Assembly (NCBI RefSeq): GCF_964194025.1
Contig: NC_134473.1
Location: forward strand, 59,210,001-59,274,000
DNA length: 64,000 bases
Reading direction: 5' to 3'
From: Convolutriloba macropyga
Lineage: Eukaryota
In this document: positions 11,801 through 26,572 of the stretch, piece by piece
Layout: the number at the start of each line of letters is the position of its first letter
Position numbering within the stretch: position 1 is the stretch's first letter
Made by a program: the position numbers and the translations under genes
Notes under the pieces: generated by a model
Told to the model about the DNA's origin: nothing
Seen by the model: the letters and a program-made list of their open reading frames with translations, nothing else
Database searches by the model: none

Positions 11801-14389
11801 TAGGCAGACCTTGTCTAGGAAGCTCGTTTATGTAGGCCGACTTAAATATGGCGCTCTTCCATGTAATCAAAAACTCACTTTACCCCCCCCCCCCTCACCA
11901 TGTGCGTTTTTTCAAATTGTCTGATCATTAACGCACACCTCGACCTGGGAACAATTAACTTTTGATTAGGTCTATGGAAATTTATGGATAGACCTAATGG
12001 GGCTCACATTGATGTGGCTCACTATTTATTTAGAGGCTTAATTCAACAATAGTCATTTAGTGTAAGGGATACATTTCTATGAGAGAGAAAAATTTCATAA
12101 TTCTTTTGGCATTTTTTTAATCCTTCACCCACATTTTGAAAATGTGCTGTTCCCTCAATTGTGTTTGATGCTGTAATGAATCCGGATGCAAATTTTTAAA
12201 ATTGGCAGAAAAACATTTTTTTTTTGTAAAAATGATGTTTACCTCAAATTTGTCAGTTTATCTCAAGTTCGCTTTAGATGCACATGAATAAAAAATAATT
12301 CAGCTATGGGATAGCTGTAACGCAATTAAGAAAAATAGAAAAGAAAAAAATTGAATTTGAAATGGAACAATGGACAGAAAAAGAATGAAAAATGCTTTCG
12401 TCAAAATTTTGTAAGCTGGGCATAGGGACTTTTCAAAAAATAAAGGGAAAGAGGATGTAGGAATCTTGCACAAAAAGCTTGTTAATTCAAACGAAAACGC
12501 TTAGTTAATATTTAGGTGACAGCTAGGTAGTAAAAAAAGTAATTGCATAAAATTCATAATTCAAGATTATTTTGCAAAACAACATTTTTGCGAACAAAAA
12601 TAAAAGATATTAAACTCTTCGCCTCTTTTTTATTTGCTGTAATAAATTTCTGTTGGGTAATGTATATATGTTTTCAATTTTTAAAAAAAATGATCAGAAA
12701 AAAAGAACAGCGACGCCTGTTCCTCCAAAACAGGGGATGCTCATTGTGCAGATGTTTATCTTTCTTAAGGATTTGAAACACGTATTTAAAAAACCTGTGG
12801 CTTTTTGCAATATTAACATTAATTTTACAAATGTTTACAAATGTTTCCCTACTAATTTTGAGTTCTTGAAATTTTCTTTTTCCAACCTTCTCAACAAAAT
12901 TTACATTAAAAAGGATTCATGCTTTTCTTAAAGCCAAAGTCAGCAAAAATTTTTTTGCTGCGAAAAAATTCCTGAGGCCGTACTCTCCAGTCTTCAATTT
13001 TTCTGACCCCATTTGCTTTTAATTCTGAACGTTATTGAATTGATTTATTTTCGACATTTTAACTTTTTTTATTTTAAACGTATTTTTAATTAATTGATCT
13101 AAATTGGTGCAGAGACTTTAGCAATGGTTCCATTTCTCCTCGCTCGCCAATTCCTGTTAGTACAGCAGCAATTTGTTCAAAAATTATTTTGAAGAAGGCA
13201 TTTGTAATTGTTTTATACAAAACAAGGGCCGTAGATTATGATCAAGCCTTCCAAGTCAAGCAGCGATTTTATAGAAAAAGAATTATCCAAAAAATTGCTC
13301 ATTTTTGGTAAAACACTGTTCTAATTGTTTCATTCTCCTATATCTACGCATTTGTTGTCCAACAAATTTGAGGCCAACACACAATGGGGATGCTGACGAT
13401 TATAGAAACGCTGGTGGCGAACAAATAAATGTTAAACAATATATCAACGAACCAATAGACTTTTCAAATAAGACTATGTCAAGCTCATAAATTTTCCAAT
13501 CCATAGCTTCTTTCCCTAATCTGTTTTGTAGGTTAAAATATTTGAGAAAATACTTAGTTAAAATACTTGATTAAAATACTTTGTAGGTTAAAACACTTTG
13601 CAGGTTAGAATACTTGACAATCAAAGTCTGCACTCGTTTTCAATTAGTCCTGGATATTGAAAAAATTAAGGACGTGGGACAAAAAGTTACACTTTCTACT
13701 GATCATCTCAAAAATTGTTTCAAAAATGGAGATTTTCTTCCAACATTTTTTCTAGATCTACTGCAGACATTGAAAAGATTGAATTAATTATATCAATTGA
13801 ATTGAATTTGTTTTTTTTTGTCGTTCTTAAATTGAACAGTAATTTACAATTTTGGAGCCTTTGTATAATTGTCATAATAATTGAGACAATTGCATAAAAA
13901 ATTTTAATGATTTTCAAACAGTTTTTTTTTCAAAAATGGGCATTAAATGAATTTTCTGCAGCTCAATTTTTGTTGATTCAAATACCAAACATTGGACAGA
14001 TTCTGCATGGAAGCAAATCTTAAACAATTAGAACATGAAGATTTCAGAAATCTTTTTTTAATATAAATTTGTTACTTATGTTTGCTGAAAAGAAAACCAG
14101 TGGAGATTGAAAAAAAATGAGAATTCTTTTCTTACGAAATTTTGCTTTCATTTCCGCTAAATATTGACTCATCTTATGATGAAAATTAGGAGCCAAGAGG
14201 TAGCTTATTTTAAAAACCTTATCGTGAGGCGCAGACCTGTTGAGAGGTTGAAATTATATATCTATGGACAATTTTTTTGTGACACAAATTTTAAGAGGAG
14301 TATTGGTATTAAACAGGTTTCTTTAGCGGAAGCAAAACCATTTTGAGAATTTTTAACCTCATGCAAGTCCGACCTTTGTATCTAAACAA

Positions 14390-15207
14390 CAGACTAACCA
14401 CCTACCTATCAAACCCCACTTACTAATCCTCTCCCCCAACACAACCACATACCTAACCCCCTAACTACAACCATACCTACCCACCCCAACAATGAATTTC
14501 TTACCTCTTCTCCCCCAACTACCTAATCCACTCCCCCATAACTACATACTATGTTGCTACCCCTTGGCATCGTCTACCCCTGTCTTCCCAACCAACCTCA
14601 CATACCTTACCACCACCTCCCCAACAAACCACCCCCTCTCCAACGGCCGACTAACTACTACCTATACGTACTTAACCCCTCTAACCTCCTAACTAACATC
14701 CTTCCACCCACACAAGTTCCTAACTGAAAAATTGCTGTTTCTAACTATATATTGCTTTATTTTCGCTTTGAACGCCAACGTCTGGGTTCGAACATCGCAC
14801 TTTAACAGTAAATTAGTTTTGAAAGTATAGTGTTAGGAGATCTTAGTAATAATCAAGGCGAAAAATTCATTTTGAGAGTTTTTTGTCCCATATGAGTCTA
14901 ACCCCCTATCTAGACTACAGAACAACCACCAAACTATCAAACCCCATGCCAACATCTCCCGCCGTCCCCCAACATTTCAATAACCCCATACCTACCACAG
15001 CCCCCACCCATCAACTGCCCATCTTCAACGATTGCACACAGCAACTACCTTCCCCTCTAACAACCTATCCACACCTATCTAATCCCCTAACACCTACTTC
15101 CTACTTACCTACTCACCTTGCCATTTATCTAACCCTGCCTACACCACCCCCACTCTACCTTACAACCACCCTACACCTACCCAGTCCCATTTTCTACCTT
15201 CCCTCTC
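14390..15207. repeat. C-rich low-complexity (CCTA/CCCA-like) tracts
   Basis: Two blocks, ~14390-14720 and ~14895-15207, strongly G-depleted on the + strand. Confidence 0.8.
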
Positions 15208-16130
15208 CCCAGGTCTAGATACAGACTTATGAAAAGACAATGCTCGACCAAAATGTGCTATGAAAAGACCATACGCGACTCATTTGAGATATGAAAAGAG
15301 TTTAGCTGGACTTTAATACGTTCTGGACCACATTTGCTTGACTCAGATTTTCAGCACAAGACTTTAGCTGGACTCAAAATTTTCCAAAAACATTGGCTCT
15401 ACCCAAAATATGGGCTGGTTTTAAGCTCGACACAATGTTTGCAAACAAATTGGAGTTAAAGTCTTTTCATGGGTCCATCATTGTTCTTTTCATAAGTCTA
15501 ATATTTTTTATTATTATTGTTTTACGTGCAATATTGCATATAACGTAGTCCGCATGTATGCTTCATCACCTTTTACGATTCAGAAAAACCACAAATCCCT
15601 CAAAAACCTCTTTTATTTCTTAAAAAACATAGCTCATAATTTCGGAAGGGTAAACAAATTGACTTACGCCGAAATTTTGTCATGGTTAATGGGACTAGGA
15701 CCAATACATTTAAGCTAGCTGGTTTCATTGAATCAAGTAATGTGGTAATGTATTCAAGCTACCTTAACTCTTTATCTTAACATTTGATAACGTTCTTAAG
15801 GCTTTCGGCAGCTTTCCAACTGATTATTAAACAGGACTGCTCTAATGCAAAGCTAGTTAGTCTTGCTCCGGTTCTGCTTCGGTATGTACGAAGCAGGAAG
15901 AAAAAAATTTCGAATTCTGAAAAAAACAGACTTATGAAAAGACTAATTAATGGTGGACCCATGAAAAGTCCTTAACTCAACTTTGTTGGTTATGAAATGA
16001 CTTTAGCTCGACCCATGAAATGATATTAGCTCGACTTTAACTAGGAAGCTCAACCGTGTAAGTATAGTCAATATTGGTTCCCCTACAACGAATTTTAAAG
16101 TCTTTTCATAAGTCCAGGCCTAAGCCTGGG
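15208..16130 (+). mobile_element. Non-autonomous DNA transposon with CCC...GGG termini (EnSpm/CACTA-like), with atgaaaagac subterminal repeats
   Basis: TIR cccaggtctag / ctaagcctggg; an inverted homolog lies at 34085-35058. Confidence 0.8.
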
Positions 16131-18108
16131 CCCTACCTACTCCCTCCCTACCTGACCAAACTCCACGCTAAAATTTTTTCGAAACATATATTACTGTTTT
16201 TATTTCATTTTTGTTATTTCTGAAATAGGTAGATTTAGCTAAGAGCTTTTATTAAACGACTCTTAGAGTCGTTTCCGGTATTCTACCGGCTATGTTTTGG
16301 AGCTCTTTAATTTGAATTTTCTTTGGGGAAACTGAAGTTTCACAAAGTCTGGGTTCCGATTTACAGAACTTGCGTTCGATGCTTTTTTGGACAAAAATGG
16401 TTTTGTTTTAATTGTTATGTTTTGATTATTTCTGAAATATTTTAATTAAGGTTCCATTAGGCTTAATTGCAGTGGTTGTTTGAGAAAAGATTTAATTTTG
16501 CGTTCCAAAGTGTTGAATGATCTTTTCTCTAAAAACTTCGATTAATGGTCTCTATTTTACTATGGTTGAACAATGCTCGTGGATGGGCGAATGGGCAGAA
16601 AGTCGAATGTGGAAAAACTGGGAATCAGACGAGAATCTTTTGATTTGATTGGCCGAATAATAAAATTGTCTCCATGTACCAAAAAGTCCTGAATTACTCT
16701 TAGATATGGATTGTAAAACCAGCATAATAGGCAGACAATTAATAAAGAGATTGTCTGCAAGAAATTGTCTTTTTTTCGCAGTGGTTGGGAGATCAATTTG
16801 GTTCAAATTTTGTCAAAAACCTTGACCCGGGGAAAATACCCAGCCAGTTATTGATAGTAAAACAGTCATAACTTACCCCCGTTGGGCAAATTTAACTGTC
16901 GTGGTTTGGTGCCGCTTCTTCTATATTATGATCTCATTGGTAACTTAATTCCCCAGTATCTTGCTCCGTCAAATTTTGCAGAGCTTCAAAAGTTCAAAAT
17001 AAGCGCAATATGATCCAAATAAATAGGTGATTAACTAACTGTTTAGGTTAAAAGTATAATAGGGTTAGTTAAGCGCGTCACGCGGGTACAGTTTTATTTA
17101 AGTTGACGTTTACAGGCATCATTATCATCAAGTTTGCGGGAATTAGATTTTAAAAATTATCAAACTCTATCACGCTAAATTAAACAAGATCGTTGAATGA
17201 ACAAGTTAAACAGCCGTTGAATAAACATCACGTCTTCAGTTTAACCTAAAAGTAGGGTAACAAAATTTGATCACACTGGCTCCTTGAGTGACCCAAGGTA
17301 AATGTAAGGTTGGCGGGAATGATGATCACTTCAGCATTTTCAGTTTAGCCCTCTTGTAAGTGAGTTTGATAGATAAAATCGGGTCAAATTTGAACTAAAA
17401 TCGCCATTGAAATCAGTTAGTATTTTTCATTTCTGACAGCTAAGTTTCTGAAAAGACGTTCCACTTTGAAATTGTTTTTAACACCCATTTTTTTTAGCAA
17501 ACAACTTTTTTGTTGTACAGGAACTAGTGTGGTTTCTCCACGTTCATTTAGCCCCAATGCTTTTTGTTTTCCATACACCAATTGATCCAACCTAAGCTCA
17601 TCCATTGAACCTATCATTATACAAGAAAAATCTCGCGAAAACGTACGTTAATGCAATATTCAGTAATAAAATTTCATGAGCCAATTCTCTTTTGTCTTTT
17701 AATAATTTTCATTATTTAAAAAAACAACTGTTGAAGTTGTTCTCAGGCAAATTTTAGTTGCATTACTAGTAGTAATTTACGGCGGCCCTGATGGTCTTAA
17801 AATGTTATTTTGTTTTCAACAGGATAAAGTTATTTTTGCTCATTGTTTTTAGAAGAAAAATGAGAACCAATTTTAACACTGTCAATAAATAAATTTAGTT
17901 GTGCGAATTGTCTTGGTAAGTTACAGAAAAGTTGTTGAGTGTTTTCAACACCGTATCAAAATCCAAAAATTTGGCTTTGCTAGAGATCAAAGCACATTTT
18001 TGCAACTGTTCGAAGGTTAAAGTTGCTGCAAATTTGATCAACAAGATAAAAACAAATTCACACGTTTTGCCATTTTTTGCGAAACCTTCAAGATTTAATT
18101 TTTATATA

Positions 18109-18588
18109 GGTTACGAAACACAAAAATTTTAAAGTAATTTAAATTTTTCTCGACATTTGTTTATAATTTCATATACTTTTTCGATGCACTGATATGCTCG
18201 TATTACGAGAAAGACAAGCAGGACATCCTATAGCAGCAGAAATTCATGGAATATGAGCCATCGTAACTAATTATAATTTTACCGTTGAAAAGGTTATAAG
18301 TTTTAGCCATAATAAGAGGCAGCCTATGCATTAATCACTTCTTGTAATTAAGAAATTTTGTTCATATTTTGAAAAAAAGAACTGCGTGCTAAAGTTTATA
18401 AGCTTTCAAACGGCAATTTTAAATATAGTAACGACGGCTCATATTCCATGAATTTCTGCTCCTAGGATGTCCTGCTTGTCTTTCTCGTACTACGAACATA
18501 TCAGTTCATAGAAAAAAATATATGAATTTATTTAAAGAAATATCGCGAAAAATTTTAAATACTTGAAAATTTTTGCGTTTGGTTTACC
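18109..18588. mobile_element. Long hairpin / fold-back MITE (~200-bp arms, ~80-bp spacer) about 200 bp upstream of the paralog B ATG
   Basis: cgagaaagacaagcaggacatcct...agcagaaattcatggaatatgagcc is reverse-complementary to ggctcatattccatgaatttctgct...aggatgtcctgcttgtctttctcg. Confidence 0.85.
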
Positions 18589-18794
18589 CGGACCCTAGTA
18601 ATGTAGTATATCAGAATAGATCTTCATGATACATATCTTGAAAAAGTTCTGATGTAATATATTACTATGGTCCGAGTGAGTCAAAACCCACATGGGATTA
18701 AGTTTCTAAAAACATTTCGAGCGGGCCATTTCGGTATTCCAAACAATCATTTTGAGACCTTGAATAAATGTATTTAAATATCTAGAGTGACAGA

Positions 18795-18999
18795 ATGAGA
18801 TCCGCTCTCAAACACCAGTTGTGCACTCTCTCTTCGTCTCTGAAGAACGTAGTTTATGTGGTAACAAATGCCAACCACACTCCAGATGTTGTTTCTGTTG
18901 CCGGCAGTATCCTATATGATGTCTACATCAAAGAATTGGGCTGGAAGTTTGGCAAGGACAACCCATCGCAAATCAGAGTTGAACGTTGCTCAAAAACAG
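18795..18999 (+). CDS. GNAT (LuxI/FeeM-like) acyltransferase paralog B, coding exon 1
   Basis: MRSALKHQL...GSILYDVYIKELGWKFGKDNPSQIRVERCSKT; close paralog at 38441; donor ACAG|gtggat, phase 1. Confidence 0.85.
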
Positions 19000-19887
19000 G
19001 TGGATGATAAGGAACTAATTCAAACCGTTCTTAAAATTGTAAAAACAGATTCAAAATTATAACAGAGATCAAATAATTTATTTACGAGATCAAAACTATC
19101 ATTGAGTTGCGCAGTTTCCGTTGTAGACATTTGGAACTATTTTTAAGGGTGAATTGATTTGTTCGGTTGAAAATTACTCGAAAGCAAGAAATGTAGGGAG
19201 ACACTAAAAAATTTCACTTTCAATCCAGACATTTAACCAGTGATTTATTGTTGAAATTGAACAAATACTGATAAATACAATTAACTACAATTAAGACTAA
19301 GGTTTTTAATTTGATTGAAGAAATTCGTTTAGTACTTTTACTGCCGTTTGAAGGCACCAGGCATGAAGTGAAGCGATGCTCTTATTGGCTACAGGATACG
19401 GTTTTATCATATTTTTTTCCAGATCTGCTCAATTTCAAAGCTGGGAGAAACATCTTTCGGTATAGGGTAGCGGATAAGAAAGCAATCCACAGTTGTGAAA
19501 GCGTTTCTCGACTTTTTTGGTGTTTCTAGCCAAATTGAATACTGCTCATTTTTTAAAAGGCCCCATATGTTTACCGCAAAAATTTTTGGATAGCAAAGTG
19601 TGTCACATTTTGCGATGCAAAATATTAGAAATCACCGAAAAACCGAAAGCTGACATTGATTGAAATTTCATACGGAAAAAATAGATAGTTCGGTTGTCTT
19701 GAAAGGGACAGCCAGTTGATTACATCAGCAAGGAGTTTGAATTTTAGACGGTTGTAAACTTCGTCAATATTTTTAGCCTTTTAAATTTTTCACCATATTT
19801 GAAATAGATCATTTATCATTTCCAAATACCTCTCAAAACTATACGGCCAAGGGATCATTACTTCTTGTCCTTATTAAAAACATATTT

Positions 19888-20114
19888 CCCGGGCCGGGGC
19901 GTCCACCCGTATTCCACCGTTATTAAGCGAGAATAAGGGTGTAAAGCCAATTCCACTCTTAATTAGCAAGGAAAAGTGTGTAAGAGTGTAATTTTAAGAA
20001 AATTACATCTTTTCGTATACTTTTTGCACTCTTTGGTCCACTCTTAATACATTTTCAAAAATACACTATAATTACACTCTTTTGTCTACTCTTTAATGCA
20101 CTCTTTTCCCTGGG
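19888..20114. mobile_element. Short CCC...GGG MITE with acactctt repeats; related copy at ~55094-55300
   Basis: cccggg...ccctggg ends; shares aagagtgta...ttttaagaaattacac with ~55180-55220. Confidence 0.55.
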
Positions 20115-20630
20115 TGAAGCCTCCTGAGAGGTGTCTCAGATCGATCAAAGCAAAAAATTATGTAAGATATTATTATTATTATTACTGAATATTATTATTA
20201 AAATCATTATTATTTAAAAAATACTCAAGAGAAACGCGAAATTAAAGAAAAAATTAGCAATTTTTGCCAATACTAGTTTTTGTGGTAAATTCCTCGGCCC
20301 GAGTTCAGATGTACATTTAAAATCAAAGGACTCCTTGAGGGTTAAAATAGGAGCAAAACTATAAAAAAACATCAATGTTGATATCTTCCCTCAACTTCAC
20401 GCTCAATTACTGCACAGGGGTATGAATGCTTGTTAAAGCAATCTAAAACTGATCAGAAGTAGCTTTTAGCTGCGAAGGGCTGAGTAGAGGAAGTTTCGAC
20501 TCGAGAAACATCATTGCCGCCAGTGTCCAAAAAAACTATTTATTTTCTTTTTATTTCAAACTGATTATTATCAGTGTTCCACTCAGACACTATAGTGTTC
20601 CTTATCATCATCCTAAAATTTTTTTGAAAG

Positions 20631-20876
20631 ACAAAATGATACTGACGGATAAATTTGCGTCAACAAGTCTATGGGTCATCGCGTGTGAACTAACCGGCAA
20701 TAATGGAACAGTAGAGCCCCATGGTTGCTTCAGGCTAATCCATTCTACAGAAATCGAAGCTTTGGGATATGAAAGCCAGCGAAACAGAAGTCTGGTCGAT
20801 TTGAGAAGATTTTATGGTGACAGTGGCTTAATTGAGATGAACAGACTAGCGTTGAGGAAACAGTTGAGGAATCAGG
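20631..20876 (+). CDS. GNAT paralog B, exon 2 (246 nt)
   Basis: (D)KMILTDKFASTSLWVIAC...PHGCFRLIHSTEIEALGY...LIEMNRLALRKQLRNQ(G); acceptor tgaaag|AC, donor CAGG|gtacac; phases match the neighbouring exons. Confidence 0.85.
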
Positions 20877-21779
20877 GTACACTTCCCCTCCTATTTCTTA
20901 GGGTTTAAATTTTGTTTGTGGTTTTCAGTGAGCTTCGCCGTATTCACTGCAATCTTCGTGTGGGAGAAAAAAATGTTTATCACCGCCGTTCACAGCAAAT
21001 TGATGTTTTCTGATTATACCTCGGTCCTGGTAGTAAAATAACTGACAAAAAGACCGCTATTCCACGCCGGTCCAAAGAGGTGCTCAATTTTCGGGCAAGA
21101 ATATATTTAGCCAAATTAGAAAATATTACTAAATATTACGGATTTTTATTTAGTTGTACATGTGTTCAATGATTTTAGAAAATGAAGATTCTCAAGGACG
21201 CTCATGGAGGAAGTTTGCATTAATATAAACTTGGGGCAAATCAATTGTGTTCATATAGTTTAGTCTTTGACCTCTTCGATTTGAAATTTTTTTAAAGGGG
21301 GGAACTGAATTTCCGTCATTCTTCTGTCTTCTTGGACTCATAACTTTCTGCTTGGTTTCAAAGTCAGTGAAATGTTTGCAAAGAACCTGCTCAATTATGA
21401 CAAAAAACATCAATTTCCGAAGCACTTCCTTCAATTTGTCAAAAAAAGAAACCTCATTGATGTCATCCTAATACCATTATTCTAAAGTTTGGAGGAAAAG
21501 ATCAAAGAATTAAGAAAATGAGGAGGCTCAGTAATGTGCGTTCGCAAATAATGTTCCAACCTCTTAATTGTCTACCAAAAGAGAAGGGGATAAAAAATTT
21601 CAAAATTCAACATACCGTTCAACAATTCATTGATTGAATCAAACAATCTACCTTAGAGGGCCAATGAGACCTGTCATTGACCAACGTTGCTAAAAAAACG
21701 TTTAAAAAAGTTTTAAAAATTTGCTTTTTGAAAATATATTACTTTAAAATAATAAAAATCATTATATATCAAGACAAAT

Positions 21780-24550
21780 CATTTATACCTCGATAAGAAG
21801 TGGTTGAGACCGCTCAGTATCTAGGATATGACATACGCCGACAAAAAGAACGACAAAAGCTGGTGAAAAAATTTAAACTTTGCACTAAAACGGTGTCCCA
21901 GCCAATAAAACAATCAAGTGCTCACTACGCATACTAAAAAAATTTTTCTCAAATGGAAACGAAAATACGCATTATTGTGATACTGTGCAATGGAAATAAA
22001 AACCTAAAAATGGGCAAATGTTCAAAAATGACAAACGTTCTAGGAAAACTCGTATTACAATGAACGAAAACCATTTTTGCAAAATGAAATTGTTATAAAG
22101 AGCAAACTGTAGCTTGATAGACGAGGGAATTGACCTGCCTATATTACAGATTTTAAGCCACAATTCAGCAGAAATAAGATTTAAAAACTTGGCAAAACTC
22201 TGAAATCCATTGATTTTTTTGAAAATAAATTATTTCAAAAGTCACAACGAAAAAAAAACTTAACTTAAATAACAGCTGGACTTTTGTGCAACTTCTTAGA
22301 AATCCAATTTCGCTGAACAATAGCGAGTCTAAGTCATATGACAACATAATACCAACAAATACTAGCAGAACAGAAAAAAAACTTCACAAATCAGTTAACG
22401 AAACCAGAATGTTGAAGCAATTATAATTATAGGACATTAGCTAGCGGATTTTATATCATCACTTGCGTCTTCTTTGAACACAATAAAGTCTTCATTGTAA
22501 TTGGCCTATTTCAGAATAAAAACGAAAAGAACCACAAACTTTTAAAAATAACTAAAACTCTCAAAACTTTTACAAAACAAAATGTCTAAGCCCTAAAGTC
22601 AAAACGGTTAACCATCAGAAAAAATAATGTTTGGAGCAGCAACAACAATGAAACCTCTAAATATTGAGCCTGGCTAATTAAAAAAACGACGAAATTGTAA
22701 AATACAAAAAAAAAAGATTAAAATTATAACAAAAAAGAAAAGCTAAATAAAACTTGAAAAAAAATCTGAAAGCCTTTAGAATCATTAGTTATCAATTGAT
22801 ATCAAATATTACTTTGATAGAAAATGATTGAGACCACTAAGTATCTAGGATCTGACATACGACTACAAAAAAATTTAAAGTGCTCACTGCGGACACTAAT
22901 AAGTTTTTCTCAGTAGGAGACGAAACCACGCATTATTGTGATACTCTGCAAAAAAAACAAAAACATAAAAAATGGGCAAATGTTTATTACCAAGAACAGA
23001 AACCACTTTTGCAAAATAAAACTGTTTTAAAAAGCAAATTGTAGTTGACTAAATGAAGGAATTGACTTGCCTATATTACAGATACTCAGCCACAATTAAA
23101 CAGAAATAAGATTCATTATATTGGCAAAGCTCTAAAATCCATTGATTATTTCTTCTCAAAGGGCACAACGAAAAAAAATTTTCAAGTTAAAAACAAGCCA
23201 GTTTATCGTGCAACTTCTTAGAAAATCAATTACGCGTAATTTTAACTTGCGTGAACCTGAGTCATAAGAGTACATCATATCAAAAAAAACCAGCAGAACT
23301 GAAAGGTTTTACAAACTATTTTATGAAACCACAGTGTTGAAGTCATTATAATTATAAAACATTAGCCTCGGGGATGTTATATCTTCACTTGCGTCATTAA
23401 TGAATATCATAAAATCTTCATTTTAATTAGTAAATTCTTGGTATCTTTATTGTAAATAGTTTTGTAATTGCCCTATCGCAGACAAAAAACAAAAATTTTA
23501 ATCATCAAAAAAATTAATGTTTGGTGCAGCAACAACAATGAAAACTTTCAATAATGAACGTAAGGTATGAGAATAAGAGGAAATTGTAAAATACAAAACG
23601 ATAACAAAAAAGAAGAGCTAAAGAAAACTTTTTGCTTTTTTTTAAAAAAAATTTGAAAGTCATTAGAAACATTAGTTATCAACTGATATCAAATATTACT
23701 TCGATAAAAAGTGATTGCGACCGCTCCGTATCCAGGATATGTTATACGACTACAGAAAGAACAACAATTATAGGTGAAAAATATTCATTTCCATTAAAAC
23801 GGCGTCCAGACCAATTTTTACAGTGCTCACTAAGAACAATAATAGGTTTTTCTCAAATAGAGACGAAACGACGCATTATTGTGATAGTGTGCAAAGGAAA
23901 CAAAAACTTGAAAAAAATAGGCAAACGTTCAAAAATCACGGACATTTGATGAAAACTCGTATTACCATGAACAACAACAATTTTTGCAAAATAAGACTGT
24001 TTTAAAAAGCAAATTGTAGTTGACTAGATGAGGGAAGTGATTTAGCTATAGTCCAGATACTGAGCCACAACTCAAAAGATGTAAGATTTATAAAGTTGGC
24101 AGAGCTCTAAACCCCATGGACTTCTTTGAAAATAAAAAGTTTCAAGGACACAACGAAAAAAAGTGTTCACTATGAATAATAGCTAATTTATTGTGCGTAA
24201 TATTAGTAAACTTAAGTGATATGACAACATAATACAAACAAATACCAGCAGAACAGAAAAATTTCACAAACTAGTTAACAAAATCAGAGTGTTGAAGCAA
24301 TTATAATTATAGGACATTAGTCAGCGGATTTTATATCTTCACTTGCGTCTTCTTTGAACACAACAAAGTCTTCATTGTGATTGGCCTATTTCGGAATAAA
24401 AACAAAAAGAACCACAAACATTGAAAAAAAACTAAAACTCACAAAATTTTTACAAAACAAAATTTCTAAGTGCTAAGGTCAAAACGTTTAACCATCCCAT
24501 CAGAAAAATTAATGTTTGAAGCAACAATAACAAAGAATCCTCTCAATAAT
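21780..24550. repeat. Tandem array of ~0.95-kb diverged units (~3 copies) in the last intron of paralog B
   Basis: acgcattattgtgata recurs at ~21967, ~22928 and ~23871 with collinear flanks. Confidence 0.85.
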
Positions 24551-26572
24551 GAGCTTATAAAAGTATTATATCAAAGAAACAAAAATGAACTAAAAAATTG
24601 AGCAATTACAAACAAAAATCCCAATAGTTTGCATGAAAACTTGCAGTACTACCTAGAAGTCGTTTTTTAAAAAGAACGTAACAATTTTATTATATTTTTT
24701 CTATAAAAACAAAGTTCGACCAGTTTTTACTTAGATTGAGCTTTAAGTTGATAGAAAAAAGATGAAAAAAACAAAAAATCACTGAAGTTTTCTTGAAACA
24801 AATTTAATCAAAGCCCTGAGAGACAATAGATAACAGCCGAACGCATTGTGTAGGTTCACTTACACATCTTAATGATGTCACTTGGATCTTTGGTTATTTA
24901 GGCTGAATAATCAGACTGCGAAAGGAATAAAAAACAAAGGCAAAACCCAAGAATTTATTTAATGTTTACAAAAAATCTTCGACAGAGCCATGAAAACCAG
25001 TAGCTTTTCTCTGAAATCCAACTACAAATTCATTTGGTCTCCCTTTTCACTTAATATGGAGTTTTTTTTTAATTGGGTCGTTATTTGAAACTTTCGTCGG
25101 TAAATAACATTAAAACAAACAGAAGCAATTTTTTTGAAAAAAAAACAGCGCCCAAATAAAATTCGAAAAAATTATTTTTTTTTGCAAGGATTCATGATGC
25201 CATCAAACCTATTCACGAGTTTGCCGCGCCTTTAAAAATCCACATGATTCTGCAGAGTATTTTGCGGATTAGTATAATTGTAAAAAGAAATTTTTCAAAA
25301 ATAAAAAAGATAAAGCAATTTTTATATTTGTCGAGATAAATTTGCAAAAAACCGGCAACGTTTTAATCCAAGAAGATTTTTTATGGAAACCAGCGTTCAA
25401 CTAGTGCTCTTGCGGAGTTCTTGGAGAATTTATCAGCGGATTTTAAGTCTCTGTTTTCGGCAAATCTAAACAAAGTGGACCAAAAAATCTTACTTGGTGC
25501 CATTTTTGATGAAAAAATTGTGAAGTTGGAAAGTTTTATCAAAAATTTTAGCTGAAGAAAATCAATCGAACAAATAAGCAACTCTCCTATATCTCTAAAG
25601 GTATAAACAAAATCTAAGCGTAACAATTTTAACATTCTTTAGGTTTTATTAGCCGAATTGAAATTTATATTGGCAAATTTTAGCGAAAATTACGCAAAAT
25701 TTGAAAAAAAAATGTAGAATATTCATAAAACTTCAAACCTGGATAACTCACTGTAAGAAACGAATTTCAAAATAAAACTTAATTCCATATTCTAGGCTGT
25801 AGGGACTTTCCAATTATACCACTCACAACTCTCTACGATGAATATTTCGAATTTCGATCGGCCAAAATCGATCGAACAAAAAATCCCATTTGAGTATATA
25901 GATCCTCCCTCCCCTCTAAAGTATGGGTCGGGACAATATTTTCGACTCAATTTTTCAAAAGAATTTTTGCAGTTGTGATAAGTAGATTGTGCAGAATGTG
26001 TTTGCTTCCCCATGAGCCATATTGAAAGTCTATAAAGCACGATAATGGGTCTTTTATTAAAAAAAATATTTTCTTTGCAGCGCCTATTCAGATGTTTTGC
26101 GTTCTATAAGAGAAACAAGCTAAGTACCAAAACACTTAACTGGAGACTCAAAAAGATGAAGACTAGCTAAATGGAGTCCCATTAGAAAGAAATCGAGCAG
26201 TCTGACGGTGTCATAACCGAAAAAGTGAAAAATTTTGCAAGTTTTATCAACCTTTACTTTTTTCCTGAACAATTTAAAGATGTGAAAATCTCTTCAAATA
26301 AAGATGCAGGGTTTTGAGAGATTTTCTATGATACCGCTCCTCTTTCTCTTCGCAAAGAATATCAATATACCGCAATTATCTCATCAAATAAACGTCAAAC
26401 TTGCATAAAGTTCCTAACCTCCATTTCATAAAAGGTTGGAACATCAATTTTAGGGGGGAAGATAACAAATAAGATAAGATCAGAATTGAAGCATATAAGG
26501 TAAAAATATGTGGAAGAATAAAATAAGTGTATTGTGGAAGAACAAATGGGGAAAAGTACATTGAACAATTAG

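Noticed and set aside
14492-15218. Pro/Thr-rich ORFs, and CV/HT-repeat ORFs at 62365-62669
   Set aside because: Artefacts of low-complexity and (CA)n sequence.
18795-19007. 70-aa ORFs at 18795 and 38441 as stand-alone small proteins
   Set aside because: They splice in phase to downstream paralogous exons to form one ~250-aa GNAT; the stop lies just inside the intron.
20598-20606. TTCCTTATC near the acceptors of B and C (41940) as a U12 branch point (TTCCTTAAC-like)
   Set aside because: The donors lack the U12 RTATCCTT signature, and the motif is fully explained as the complement of the intron's own 5' end.
20575-20630. Stronger-looking upstream acceptors for exon 2 (cag 20574, cag 20586, tag 20595 in B; cag 41923 in C)
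   Set aside because: The B sites are the wrong phase and the C site runs into an in-frame TAA. Only the AAG|AC site is shared by A, B and C and gives 246 nt in each.
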